In this document: positions 27,014 through 40,084 of the stretch, piece after piece | Layout of the letters: the number at the start of each line of letters is the position of its first letter | Position numbering within the stretch: position 1 is the stretch's first letter | Assembly: GCF_006345805.1 (NCBI RefSeq) | Contig: NC_043005.1 | Coordinates: 79,980,001 to 80,044,000, forward strand | Length of the DNA stretch: 64,000 nt | DNA from: Octopus sinensis | Taxonomy: Eukaryota | Reading direction: 5' to 3' | Translations under genes and position numbers: made by a program | Notes under the pieces: generated by a model | Seen by the model: only the letters and a program-made list of their open reading frames with translations | Told to the model about the DNA's origin: nothing | Database searches by the model: none

Positions 27014-27679
27014 CATCCACACACGCACACACACAAACACACACACACAAACACAGGGACACGTATCCACATAAAAGCATGTACTTTGTTATTCGCATTG
27101 TCCGAACACATGATTTTGACAGTTTCACCACTAACGCGAACAGAAATGGCCTTGAGTTGTTCAGATGATAAAAGCTGTGACATCTGAACAACCATAAAAA
27201 CCTACAGTGGAAATTGTTCAGCTTTTGTTTCTGCCAGAAAGCAGAATAAAAGGTTAGAAATAGGTAGGGAAGGATGAGAAACAGGTGCAAGGCAAGTTTC
27301 AAACAAAAATATTTTCAAGGAGGCGGATAATAAATCGTCTCGATCAAAGAGCATTGAAAGAAAAATATCATGAAACAATAAGAGATTTTTCTCCATTCTG
27401 TTTTATTGTTCACGGGGGATAATCTCATTTCTTCGCCATTTTACGAGCCTCAAAAGAACCACTCCTTATCCTTTTGTAACCTGAACAATACGAGAATTAA
27501 AGAAATAATAGAGATGATTATTGATTGATTAATCTCCGGTCTCCAACAGTAAATCCTCATATACAAAAGGAAAATTAAACAAAGAAACCCATCCTATAAA
27601 AAAAAGAATTAAAATACAAAAAATAAAAACTAAACTAAACTAAAATATTTCTGACCTAAAAGTATCCAAGTTCTTTCTG

Positions 27680-27749
<70 letters not shown>

Positions 27750-28152
27750 GCTCTCTCAATAGAAAAATAAATACCTTTTATAATGTAATAAAAATATTTG
27801 ACTGAAACAATTTTATAGCTTCTCGGCCTAATCACACCGGGATTACATGTACAGACAAAAGCATACGCACATCATATACTCACACAGACCCGTACGTACG
27901 CACATCATTTATACGTGTGCAAAATCGTTAGCACGCCGGGTGAAATGCTTAGCCGTATTTCGTCTGCCGCTACGTTCTGAGTTCAAATACCGCCGAGCTC
28001 GACATTGCTTTTCATCCTTTCGGGGTGGATAAATCAAGTAGCAGTTGAGTAATGGGGTCGATGGGATCGACTTCCCCCACCCCACATAATCCAGGCTTTG
28101 TGTCTATAGTAGAAAGGATATATATGTGTGCGTGTATATATATATATATATA

Positions 28153-28191
<39 letters not shown>

Positions 28192-28192
28192 A

Positions 28193-28571
28193 TTCTTTTA
28201 TTCTTTTACTTGTTTCAGTCATTTGACTGTGCTGTGCTGGAGCACCGCCTTTTAGTCGAACAAATCGACCCCACGACTTTGTAAGCCTTCTACTCATTGT
28301 ATCGGCCTTTTTTGCCGAACCGCCAAGTTACGGGGACGTAAACACACTAGCATTAGTTGTCAAGCGACGGTGGAGGAAGAAACACAGACACACAAATTAT
28401 ACACACGCTCACACAAACACACACAATCACATATATATCTACAACGGGCTTCTTTTAGCTTCCGTCTACCAAGTTTATTCATAAGGCTTTGGTTGGCCCG
28501 AGGCTATAGTAGTGGGACTGAATATGGAACCATGTGGTTGGTAAGCAAGCTTCTTACCATGCAGCCACTCC
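28193..28571 (-). mobile_element. SINE family B
   Basis: Reverse complement of the consensus. Confidence 0.85.
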
Positions 28572-31500
28572 TGTATGTATATAGAATTATTATATTAAAT
28601 ACAAGCCAGCAATTAAGTAGCATTGCTTTCATCTGAATTTCTTTTGTACGCAGAAGGATAAGCGTACACCTGTTTCCTTATACGCACGCATTTACACACT
28701 CGTACTCCTACTTAAATATACGCACGTACACACATATATTCATACAATAATACATGTGTGCATGTATTAATATACATACATTTATATATGCATACATATA
28801 TAAATATATTTGTGCATGATTGTATGTATGTATGTATGTATGTATGTAATATGTATGTATGTATGTATGTGTGTGTATGTGAGTTCATACTGTTATTTAA
28901 TGAGTGAATGCGTGTATCTATGTATATATGCATATACATACATACATACTTAAATACATGCATATATATACATACATACATACATACATATATAAAGATA
29001 TATACACATACACATATACTTAAATACATTCATATATACACATACATAAATGCATATATACAAGTACATACATAAACATACATACTTAAATACATGCATA
29101 TATACACATACATACGTACATACATACATACGTAGACACACACATACATTCATACGTACGTACATACATACATAAATGCATACATACATAAACACGATTG
29201 CAATTTCGTTCCAGCTGAGTACGGGCGCCTACAGATTGTCAGCCATAGCAACTAAATCCCCTTCGAAACACAACCTAGCGTCTTAATAAAGGTATGATCA
29301 TAATACTCAAAGTGCAATCCCCAACGAGCTTCAAAAGAGATAGCAGGATCATCAGGGCTGACTAGGGACCAAAGAGCAACAACAGCAACTGCAGCAGCAG
29401 TAACTGCAGCAAGAACAACAAGAACAACAGCAACAGCAGCAGCAGCTACAACAGATTTCTCGATCGCAAGGCAGAAATATATATTGACATTTGTTTACTT
29501 GCATCCTGTAGCAGCTACGTTGCTCATTTAGACTAAGTAGGAGGTGAAGAAAAGATATCTTCTGGTTTTGTTTTCTTTAGGGGGATAACGTTATCCAAGA
29601 ACGTGACAGTGTTGATAGAGAAATGTCTTATATTATTCTCTAATTCCCCTGAGCAAGTTGTCTAGATTTAGAAACAAAAAAATAAATAATTAAAGAGGAT
29701 AAAATAAAAGAGAGAAAGAAAGAGAGAGAGATTTTATATTGTGACTAACCTTCATGATGTTTGTGTCCGATGACTGTTGTCAGCTAGCAACGATATTTCT
29801 GATTCTTATATGAAAAACTGAGGCTAGTTATATTTTTGAGAGTCAATTACCCAGGGACGTCAGCGGCATGAAAATATATAGTTAAGTGGGATTAATATAT
29901 TCGACGTAGTGAGTCAAGTATGTTTTTAAACGCGTAAATTCATAACTTGGTAGTGAGAAGTAACATCCATTAGCATTAATGAGTTATTCTTGACAAGAAC
30001 TTTAAGGGAGACAACTTTGAAATCAAAATAAATTTCAAAGTTCAATGGTAGTACAAGGTAAAGGCGTCTGGTCTTTGAAATTTCTGTGATAACTTTAGAA
30101 ATGTTTGGTCTTTGATTGACGAAATTGCACTGACAGTACCTTAACTATTTCTGCTGTGCTTGGGCTGTTTTCAAACTCAAGTCCCTTACCTCAAATAAAC
30201 TTTCACCTCTCCATTCAAGGATTCGCCACGAAGGAGGGACAAGTAAATAATTTTGCAGCAAGTTTGGAGCTGCAGAGAATGTGTGTTAGATATTGATTAA
30301 GTATAACTGCACATATTTGTCTTAGTATCCTCTCCCCCGCCAATCTGGATTTTCTACCTTAGATTTTTTTAAGATGCTCAATAAATTACCCATATAAGGC
30401 AGCAGGCAGATATTCTATTATGATGGCTGTAGTTGATGCAGAGTCAGTTCCATTCTCTCGTCCTTCAAACTTGTTTTCGTCTGGCGAAACAAGTACCACG
30501 TGCCATTAGTTATAATGATGCAGGATTTATATGGAGTTATCTTCTCTTAGATGAGCAGCTAAAAAGCTTTGTCTATCTTGTGATGACTTTGAGAGACCGT
30601 CTTCTGGAGGCAATTCCTTCACATTCTAATTAATCTTCGGTTCGGAGCCTAACTCTGACAGAGGCTACTGCTCCGGAAAAGAGCAGATCCGGAAATAAAG
30701 TTCTTGAGAGATGATTCCACACTTCTCAAAAGTCTGGAACTCCGATCTAGTAACCATTACCGGATGTAGTTTAATGTCACACTCAGCACAGAAATACAGA
30801 CATGTTCCGTTCCTATTAGATCCCACCAGCAAAAACTAGTGGCGCAAATTCATAACAGATCTTAGAATTAATGATTGAAATATATAAATATTTTGAGTCG
30901 AGAAATTTTGACAAGAAAAGCCATATCGAATACCGAGAGGAAATTAGATGCGGGGAAAGGACATTTAAGAAATCTTACGATTTTTGGATAACGCTATACC
31001 TTCACTAAGATTTTGAAAATAGCTCTGCTTAATCAGAGATGAGCTGCGACCAAACAACAACAACAACAATAACATTATAGATTCTAAAGAGTTATTCTTG
31101 GTTGAACATTGTTTAATGCAATTAATCTAGATCTAAAAGTTCTTGAGGTCGAAAACATTTCAGCGGTATTATTTATTGGATTAATAAGTTACTATGGAGA
31201 AAATTTAATAAAAGATTAGCATTTTTTCTTCTTAAAGTATGGGGGAAGGAAAATAAAGCTCTATTTGTCGAGAGGACAATGTTACTGTTGAAGATTTAAA
31301 GGGTAATTAATAGCCATAGAGTACGTTATTATAGCTCACTGATGATGCAAATAACTAGATAAAAATCGATAACAACCTTTGACTGCTATTTAATTTCGGG
31401 TTCAGTATTAATATTGTTAAAAAGTAAACAAATTGAAAGTCATATAATAAAATACCTATTTGCCTTTCTCCAGGAAACTTGCAATAATTTGCCGATAAAG

Positions 31501-31801
31501 TGAAGTAGCTATGCTTTCATATTTGAAAACAAAATCAGATAAAAAAGTAATATTAATAATAAATATTTTTTTCTCAACATTTGTTTTCAACGAGACAAAA
31601 CATATATCATTTCTAAACGTACAAGATGTCAATAGTGATGTATTAAAATTCAAATGTATGCCGTTTTTATTTGCGTAAAATACGTTATCTATCTTAAAAA
31701 ATGGTTCGTAAATTCTATTAAAGATAGAGGCAAATAATTGAATGTAAGAGGATGCTATAGTTTGCGGAGAATTAATAAAAATAAAAAAAAGCTACGCGCG
31801 T

Positions 31802-31835
<34 letters not shown>

Positions 31836-31873
31836 ACATACACACTCAAATAAATATATATGTATATTTACAA

Positions 31874-31933
<60 letters not shown>

Positions 31934-32082
31934 TCGCACGCAGACACTCAGACACGCACACACATATGCAAATATATATATATATGTTTATATATGCATA
32001 TATGTATGTTAATATATGTATGTATGTAACTATATATACATGTATACACCCAAATATATGAGTGTATGTATTTAAAAGTATG

Positions 32083-32113
<31 letters not shown>

Positions 32114-32168
32114 TGTGTGTGTGTGTATGTATATGTACATATACGTAATATATATATATATATAATAC

Positions 32169-32216
<48 letters not shown>

Positions 32217-33628
32217 TTACATACATATATACATACATACATATATACATACATATACATATATACACACATTTGTATATATGCATAACAATATAACATA
32301 ACACTGTGAACTAGATCAGACGTTTTTATTTTATTTCATTTTATTTTATTTTATTTTACTTGTGTAATTTATTCAATAGTTTAGAAATAACAGAGATAAA
32401 GTAAACAAAACCAGTTAGCAATAAATTACATACAAATCCGCCTGGAATATTTTCTGATTTACAGATGAAATTGTCATATGTGTGTGTATTTTAGTTTCAT
32501 AAATCAAACTGAAAAACAAGCCATGGAACGCATCGTGCAGATTGACGCTTAGACGTGAAAGTCATACGTATATATGTACGTACGTACATACATACATACA
32601 TACATACATACATACATACATACATTCATACATACATACATACATGTGTGTGTGTGTGTGTGTACTGGTTTAGAGAGCTGGTTATTTAAAACTTCCGATG
32701 ACAGAATAGTGAATTATGTTATGCTGGCTAAAATGTTTTTAATATGTAATTTGCTATAAAAACAGACAAGTGGATGAATCTCAATTACATTTCTTATCAC
32801 TTTTTTTATTTAGCCCTTGGTCAGCTATGCTCAAGCAATCCCCGTCTTAACTAGTCAGTTTTTCGTTATGTTAATGCTTGTCTTTCAAATATATTCGTAC
32901 ATACATACATATATGCACACACACACTCACACACAGACACACACGCATGCACACACCTATGTAAGTAATCGTAGTGGTTGGTATTCGGGCTTTCACTAAG
33001 GGGTCCTTGGTTTTGTTCCCGGTATGTCAAGCATTACGTTTAATGGCCACCACTGTCCAACTCACGACTTCGTCAACACCGATTCTGGACACAAGCCCCA
33101 GAGAAGTGAGTTTGAAATAAGCAAGCATTACCGTTAATGGCGTGCCCCAGTATGGCCACAACATCATGCTGACAATTCACGCACACACATGCACGCACGC
33201 ACACACACCAAATTCACGCACACAATGCACACACGCACGCACACTCTTACATAGACACACAGTGAATTTTCCTTCGAAAGTATACAAAACTGGGCATTAC
33301 AATTTTATTAACCAGTGTAGGGCATTCAAAATACACATATTAATGCCAGCATGCTGAATCATTAGCCCGATGGGTAAAATGCTTAGCAACATTTCGTCCC
33401 TCTGTAGGCTCTGAGTTCAAATTCCGCTGAGGTCGTCTTTGCTTTTCATATATCGAGGTCGATAAAATAAGCACCATTTGAACAATAGGGCGGATGTTAT
33501 CGACCTACTCCACTACCTCGAAATTGCAGTCTTGTGTCAAAATCTGTAATCAAATAACACATGTTGATAAAGTTACGCATCATCTGTCGTTTTTTTTTCA
33601 TCCTACACTTTTTTATAGCAGGAAAACA

Positions 33629-34068
33629 ATGGACTCCAAATAGAAGTGACTTGCCGTCATAGGGTTCTTGAAGCAGGTGAGATATAGGCTGTCCTATATT
33701 CACAGATTGTTTATGGAGATAGCTTTGACAAATACAATGTTCAAACCACGCAGTAAGAGGCATTCTGCTCTGACCAGTAACAGAAATCGTTTACGAGTGG
33801 TTGAATTGATTCTTGAAGCCAGACGAGTCACAATCTGTGAATACGCTGCACAATTATGGACAAAAGACATTATGGAAAACTTCTGATAGTGAAAAGCGCA
33901 TACAGAATGGGTGCCCCGGCAGCTGATACTCAGTTTGAAAGACGGGTGGAATCTGCTCTGATATGCAACAAGTATTTGAATAAAAATACATTTTTCCCGA
34001 TCTAGTGATGGAGACAAAACATGCGTTTATCTTTACGAGTCTGAAACGAAGCCTCAGTTCATGGAATA
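33629..34068 (+). mobile_element. Mariner transposase relic, N-terminal half
   Basis: Pieced-together frames give AVIGFLKQ, RVVELILEARRVTICEYAAQL, WVPRQL and GDKTCVYLYESETKPQFME, which correspond to the mariner WVPxxL and GDETWxxxYEPETKRQSMEW motifs. Stops and frameshifts are present. Confidence 0.8.
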
Positions 34069-34090
34069 AAAAGTCTTACATCTCTTATTA

Positions 34091-34310
34091 TTATCCCTTT
34101 TGTTACCATATTTCTGTTGAGATGCTCTGTGTTCCTTTCAATTAATTTTAAATATAACAAAGAATTTTGTAAAATAACTTAGTTATCATTAAGCTAGTGT
34201 TAGGAACATAAATTGTGGCTAATGTTTGGTGGAAGATTTTAATTCAAAACTAATGAAAACAAGACATTTGTACTACAGATCCACAGTCAGATTCAGCCGG
34301 GTTGTTACCA
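34091..34310. mobile_element. piggyBac-like MITE
   Basis: Starts TTAT-CCCTTTTGTTACC, one mismatch from the terminus CCCTTTCGTTACC seen inverted at 60198-60210. The right end is degenerate. Confidence 0.5.
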
Positions 34311-34344
34311 ACATTTTCCGGCAGCAAAGTGTCTGGGATTGAAG

Positions 34345-34560
34345 GTAAGCTCTCTTTACCAAGTACTCCTTTCATTATGGACTCTCTTTCAAATGTTTTA
34401 CAACCATTGTTGATCATTTCTTTCCAAACCGATCGATTTGCCATCATCTGCTTTCAGTTTTCAATATTCACACGCAGATCCCAAAGGTTCTTTTGACGGC
34501 ATCCCTAAAACATTTCTTATGTTTATGTCACGAACGATTTTCCAGGTTGCCACACTCTGT
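34345..34560 (-). mobile_element. RTE-clade LINE 3' relic
   Basis: KKCFRDAVKRTFGIC, frameshift, then VNIEN*KQMMANRSVWKEMINNGCKTFE; this resembles the RTE/BovB C-terminus (KRFKDxLK...W...A.DRS.WR...G...FE). Confidence 0.65.
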
Positions 34561-34704
34561 AAATTAATCGCTTAGGTAACGTATCATCCCGCATCCTATT
34601 AAGGGGACGAAAGGGGCTAATATTGGACATTGTCCAATGTATATTTTCCTTAAAACGCCTGGTCCTAATGTAAGATATATATATATATATATATTCATTG
34701 TAAT

Positions 34705-35025
34705 GAAGGCGCGTGGCTTAGTGGTTAGGGTATTCGGCTCACGATCGTATGGTCGTGAGTTCGATTCACAGTGGCGGGTTGTGTCCGTGAGCAAGATGCT
34801 TTATTTAACGTTGCTCCAGTTCCCCCAGCTGGCAAAAATGAGTAGTACCTGTATTTCAAAGGGCAAGCGTTTTCACATTCTGTGTCACGCTGAATCTCCC
34901 TGAGAACTATGTTAAAGGTACGCGTGTCTGCGGAGTGCTCAGTCACTTACACATTAATTTCATGAGCAGTATCTTCCATTGACCGGATCAACTGGAACCC
35001 TGATAGTCGTAGCTGACGGAGTGCC
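34705..35025 (+). mobile_element. SINE family C variant
   Basis: tRNA-like head (tggcttagtgg, gttcgattc), a different central segment, and the same 3' end as 52822-53193. Confidence 0.85.
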
Positions 35026-35376
35026 ATTTCGTAAAACTGTAGTGTATGATTTAAGAACTATTCAACTGCTATTTCTTGATGTTGATTGAACTGCATTGAG
35101 GTTCTCTCTTTCGTAGACGCTTTCTGTAACAAGCAAGGTACAGCAATCCTGTTTGTTTGAAGCTGTTGTGAGGGTGACATTTATATATTGAAGAAAGGAC
35201 AACATTTTGCAACAGAAGCCAACCTATTATTTATATGTGTAGAGAATTAACCTTCTTAAGATTTCTTGTTTCCTCTAAGGTAGACCACAATATCATAAGT
35301 AGGTGTTTTGGACATGTACCATATTGAAGAACCTGTTGTTAATTCTGTTTCCCCGTTTTTCTATTGAAACAGCAAT

Positions 35377-35760
35377 CGGCAGAAACGTTAGCACGTCGGA
35401 CGAAATGCTTAGTGGTATTTCGTCTGCCGTTACGTTCTGAGTTCAAATTCCACCGAGGTCGACTTTACCTTTCATCCTTCCGGGGTCGATAAAGTAAAGA
35501 CCAGTTACGCACTGAGGTCGATGTAATCGACTTGATCCGTTTGTCTGTCCTTGTTTGTCCTCTCTGTGTTTTGCCCCTTGTGGGTAGTAAAGAAATAGGT
35601 ATTTGAACTCGTTCTGAGTTCAAATTCCGCCGAGGTCGACTTTGCCTTTTAACCTTCAGGATCGATAAATTAAATACCAATTGCGTACTGGGGTCGATGT
35701 AATCGACTGGCTCCCTCTCCAAACATTTCAGGCCTTGTGTCTCAAGTAGAAAAGGTTATT
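35377..35760 (+). mobile_element. SINE family A dimer
   Basis: Head plus a second unit joined after ...agtaaagaaataggtattt. Confidence 0.85.
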
Positions 35761-36934
35761 TTTATTGTTTTGTCCGGTCGAAAAGTGGCAAAATCGTCAG
35801 CACACCGCATCAAATGCTAAGCTGCAATTCGTCCATCTTTATGTTCTGAGTTCAAATTCAGTCGATTTTTGCTTTTCGGTTGATAAATTAAGTAATATCT
35901 GTGCCATATGGTCGATGTATTCGACCACCAGCTCCCCACATATTTCAGACCTATGCCTTGTGCCTGTAGTAGAAAGGATTATTTGTATCGTTTGTAAGGT
36001 GGTGAGCTGGTATTGTTCCAGGTGTTTACGATCTGACTTCCATTGCCACCGAGGTCGACAATGTTAAGAGCCGATAATATAAGTACCATTTGATCATGAG
36101 CTCGATGTGAACGACTAACACCAACCTCCACTAAAATTACTAGCCTTGTGCCATAGTTTGAAGCCATTATTTTACATTACTGGTATCATAAGCTTTTATA
36201 TTTTATATTACTGGTATCATAAGATTGAAGCAATAGAAAGGATAAGGTACTATATACTTCGTACAATTGGATATAATTCCATTACTTTTTGAGTTCAAAT
36301 ATCCTCACTTTCTAATTCCCATTATCCTACACATAATTTATGAAGGTGGTCTTTTCTTTTTTTTTTCTCCTCTGACTTTTTTTCGTATGAATTTCTTCCC
36401 TTGAATTTTTCCTGGATTTGGGAATCGTCTCTATGAGGGATTTTCTCCGGAGGAATACAGCAGTATTACGGCATACTTATAATACGTCTACATGAAGTTG
36501 GAGCCTTAGGCTACCATTAGGTAATAATAACCGCCTCTGTCATGAATATTTCAATTTTGTCCGGCTTGCCGGTTGATAGCGTTATATTTGACTGGAATAA
36601 TAATTGTTTCTCTATAAATAGATGGAAGGGAGATTTAGTCAGTATCTACTTAGTAGATACCTGCTGCTGATGAGGCGCACAAAAGACCGAAATCATGTGA
36701 TGCATTAGTTCCACGACCAGTTTTGGACATTTCTCGTCTGATACCGATATCTCAGTGTTTCTATACGCTAAAGTTTCTATACACAAGAAACTTTCTGTGG
36801 ACGAATATTGCAGTATAATGGTGCGCTCATAATACATTTATATTAAGAGAGATGGCCATTAATGCAGTGGATGCTTAGTGAAGTAACAAGATATGGTCAA
36901 TGTTTTCTATTGATTATAATGTTTGTCGTAAGCG

Positions 36935-37665
36935 GGGAAGCGGAACCAATTGACCTTAGATTTACTTGCTTCAGGACTAAGATCCAGTCTTTCGCTGACT
37001 TCCTGAGTGACCCCATCCTGTCTGTCTCTCTTGCGGGTGAGAATGTCGAAATTGTTTACCGCTTCCCTTGTTTCGGCAGTATAGTCCACAACAGCATGAG
37101 CTGCGATTCCGACGTCTTTAAAAGACTTGGGCGTGCTTGCGCATTTGCGGACTCACTGGACAAGGCTGTTTAGCGCTGTCGATATCTGAACAGGAGATTC
37201 AAATTTTCGGAGCTTCACGGCTCTGGTCCTTTCTGTTTTGCTCTATAGTCGCGACACTAGGACGTGGTCTGGGGCTTTTAGAAACCGCTTGAACTCCTTT
37301 GGTATTAGGACACTTCGCAGGATTATAGCATACCCTTCATCAGATTTCCTATCCAACCAACGACTATATTCAGAAAATGGGATACGTCCGGTTGTATGAT
37401 TCGAAAGGGTCAGCTAAGACTGTCTAGTCATGTTACTTGATTTTCCGATTTGGATCTTGCGTACCGTGTTCTTATCTTTGAGGATCCGGCTGGGATGACG
37501 GCTCATGTCGGTTGGTGAGGATGTGTTTCACGGAAATGGGAACTAACTGGGATACTGCTCAGGGCTGTGCCCGGGATGAACCGAAGAGATACCGACAAAT
37601 GGAGGATACAGTGATGTGTTGCAACAGCGCATGGCGACACACTTGGACATGATTTGACCAGACCT
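36935..37665 (+). pseudogene. RTE-clade LINE, 5'-truncated and degenerate RT C-terminus
   Basis: TKIQSF...GENVEIVYRFPCFGSIV...KRLGRA...SLDKAV*RCRYL...QLRLSSHV matches the RTE pattern KTKIQ...VE.V..FTYLGS...RRIG.A...WRCRYL...QLRL.GHV. Confidence 0.8.
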
Positions 37666-37852
37666 ATCAAAATGTGCTTTTGCATGGAGCCAAAACAAAT
37701 CATTATTTGATATTCTCATTTATGTTTTAGTCTGCAATCTCGTTTGACTATAATGCTTCCCTACTTAAACGATTAATTATAACTGATAGTACCAAAAAAT
37801 TATTTTGTGGATCTATGTCGTATCGAAACGTGTGTAGTGTTTATTAAATAGC

Positions 37853-38090
37853 TGTCTGACTCCCTTGCGTGTGAGAATGTCGAAATGGTTTACCGCTTCC
37901 CTTGTCTTGGCAGTGTGATCCACACCAACATGAGCTGCGATTCCGGCATCTTTAAAAGACTTGGGTCTGCTTGCGCATTTGGGGACTCACTGAAAAAGGC
38001 TGTTTAGCGCTGCCGATATCTGTACAGGAGAGTCAAATGTTCGGGGCATCATGGTTCTGGTCCTCTCTATCTGGCTCTATATTCGCGAAA
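37853..38090 (+). pseudogene. Partial duplicate of the RTE relic (37020-37260)
   Basis: Roughly 85% identical by eye; shares the in-frame TAG in gctgtttagcgctg. Confidence 0.8.
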
Positions 38091-38159
38091 CTATTTGTTA
38101 ATACTAAGGATGAACGAGCTCTGTTCTGTACACTAATACGTTCTTAACAGAATACACTT

Positions 38160-38192
<33 letters not shown>

Positions 38193-38287
38193 TATATATA
38201 TGTATGTATACTGTGAAAATAATAAGGGTAGAAAATTTAAAGAATTTTCTACCGGTGACCTGCATTATAATAAAGTCTATAAACAAC

Positions 38288-38516
38288 ATATTTTCCATAT
38301 AAAAGAAGTGACCTTCACTGGGACACCTTACATGCTAGAAAGGGTAGTTAAAGCCCGAACCACAAATAAGAGTAATGTCAAAGGGAATGAAAAATAAATA
38401 AAGAGATAATTTTATTTTTCATTCTCTTTGAAATTACTCTTATTCGTGGTTTGGGCTTCAACTGCCCTTTCTAGCATGCCAAGTGTCCTATTAAAGGTGT
38501 CACCTCGTTTATATGA

Positions 38517-38520
<4 letters not shown>
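38288..38520. repeat. Imperfect hairpin with arms of about 110 bp and a short loop
   Basis: catgctagaaagggtagttaaagcccgaaccacaaataagagtaatgtcaaagggaatgaaaaataaa versus tttatttttcattctctttgaaattactcttattcgtggtttgggcttcaactgccctttctagcatg. Confidence 0.85.
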
Positions 38521-38555
<35 letters not shown>

Positions 38556-38579
38556 CACACACACACACACGCACACATC

Positions 38580-39435
38580 AAAATGCAACTGAATGAGGGA
38601 AAATTTGAGCTGATGCATTTTGGAAGAAATTCCTCACTCAAACAACCATACTCTCTTCCTTCAGGGGAACCGCTCACAGCCTCTAACAGTATCAGAGACC
38701 TGGGTGTAATTGTTGATGACGATCTCAGTTGGAGTGCACACATCAACAAGAAGGTCGATATAGCTCGTAGGATGAGTTCCTGGATCTTAAGAACTTTCCG
38801 GTCCAGAGAACAAGGTGTCATCATACCACTTTTTTCCTCCCTTGTACGGCCACACCTTGAATACTGCTGCCCACTGTGGTCTCCCCATACAAGACAAAAC
38901 ATCTCCAGAATTGAGTCACCCCAGAGGGCACTCACTAAACGAATTGAAGGCATGGCTGCTCTCGATTATTGGGATCGCCTTAAAACCTTGAAACGTTACT
39001 CCCCCCAGCGTCGCCGTGAGCGGTACATCATTTGTACGATGTGGAGAATATACCGCCAACTTTGCACAAACGACCTAAACATTAGCTTCGAGGTTCATCC
39101 AAGACTGGGACCACGGGCCATACGTCCCCTGCCCAATTCAAGATCACAACATACATGTACACTGCAACATAATTTCTTTTCCTCAACAGGCCCTGCCCTA
39201 TTTAACATTGTTCCGAGGGAGATCAAAGAGGAAAAGGATCCCATCAACTTTAAACGGAGTCTGGATAGATTCCTTCAAAGAATACCAGATAAGCCAGCCA
39301 TAATTGGATACAACTCACCCAACAAGAACTCACTACTTGAACAAAACTTGACTTAAACAGGATTCGAATAATCCTGTCAGGTGGTGGTATTAAGTTAAGC
39401 ATGGCCTGGACCAATCTTTGGTCGAAACATATCTA

Positions 39436-39438
<3 letters not shown>
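38580..39438 (+). mobile_element. CR1-type LINE, 5'-truncated: open 257-codon ORF2 C-terminus (38583-39356) plus 3' UTR
   Basis: RDLGVIVDDDLSWSAHI...LFSSLVRPHLEYCCPLWSP...IESPQRALTKRI...RLKTLKRYSPQRRRERY are the hallmark post-RT motifs of CR1/Jockey-group LINEs. The 3' UTR has two stem-loops. Confidence 0.92.
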
Positions 39439-39501
<63 letters not shown>

Positions 39502-39569
39502 CATACACACACACTCACACACACACATATATACATATATATATATACATACACACATACACACACACA

Positions 39570-39600
<31 letters not shown>

Positions 39601-40047
39601 CACCACACACACACACATATATATATATATATAATATATATATATAAATATATATATATAAATATATATATACATATATACATATGTGTGTGCAATTTTT
39701 TTGGTCACCACATGTCGAAATACTAAAAGAATGCACTCTTCCAATGCATCGCTGGTGTATCGTTCCGAACTGTGAGGACAGCGGTTTATTTAGATCTCTC
39801 TCCTCGCTCTTCACAGACTGAGTCATAAAAAAAGAGATATAAACACGAAAACTCCTGGGTTCCAACTCTGGCTGATTAAGCACATAACTTTATTTGAAAA
39901 TATTTTATTCGCACAATTCACAAGAAACGTTCCCAATAAAAATGTGTAATGTCTCTTATAAACAGTTGAACAAAGATTTCATGTCGGCATTCCTCAATGT
40001 GTAGACATACACACCTACATATGTATACACACACACACACACACACA

Positions 40048-40084
<37 letters not shown>

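Noticed and set aside
29375-29490. Polyglutamine-like CAG/CAA run
   Set aside because: There is an in-frame TAA within the run and no supporting exon structure.
30729-30812. Minus-strand CLYFCAECDIKLHP, resembling a piggyBac cysteine-rich or B-box motif
   Set aside because: Only part of the Cys/His pattern is present, the frame is short, and stop density nearby is consistent with random sequence.
36176-36223. 17-nt direct repeat attactggtatcataag
   Set aside because: A simple 31-bp slippage duplication, not a TSD around an element.
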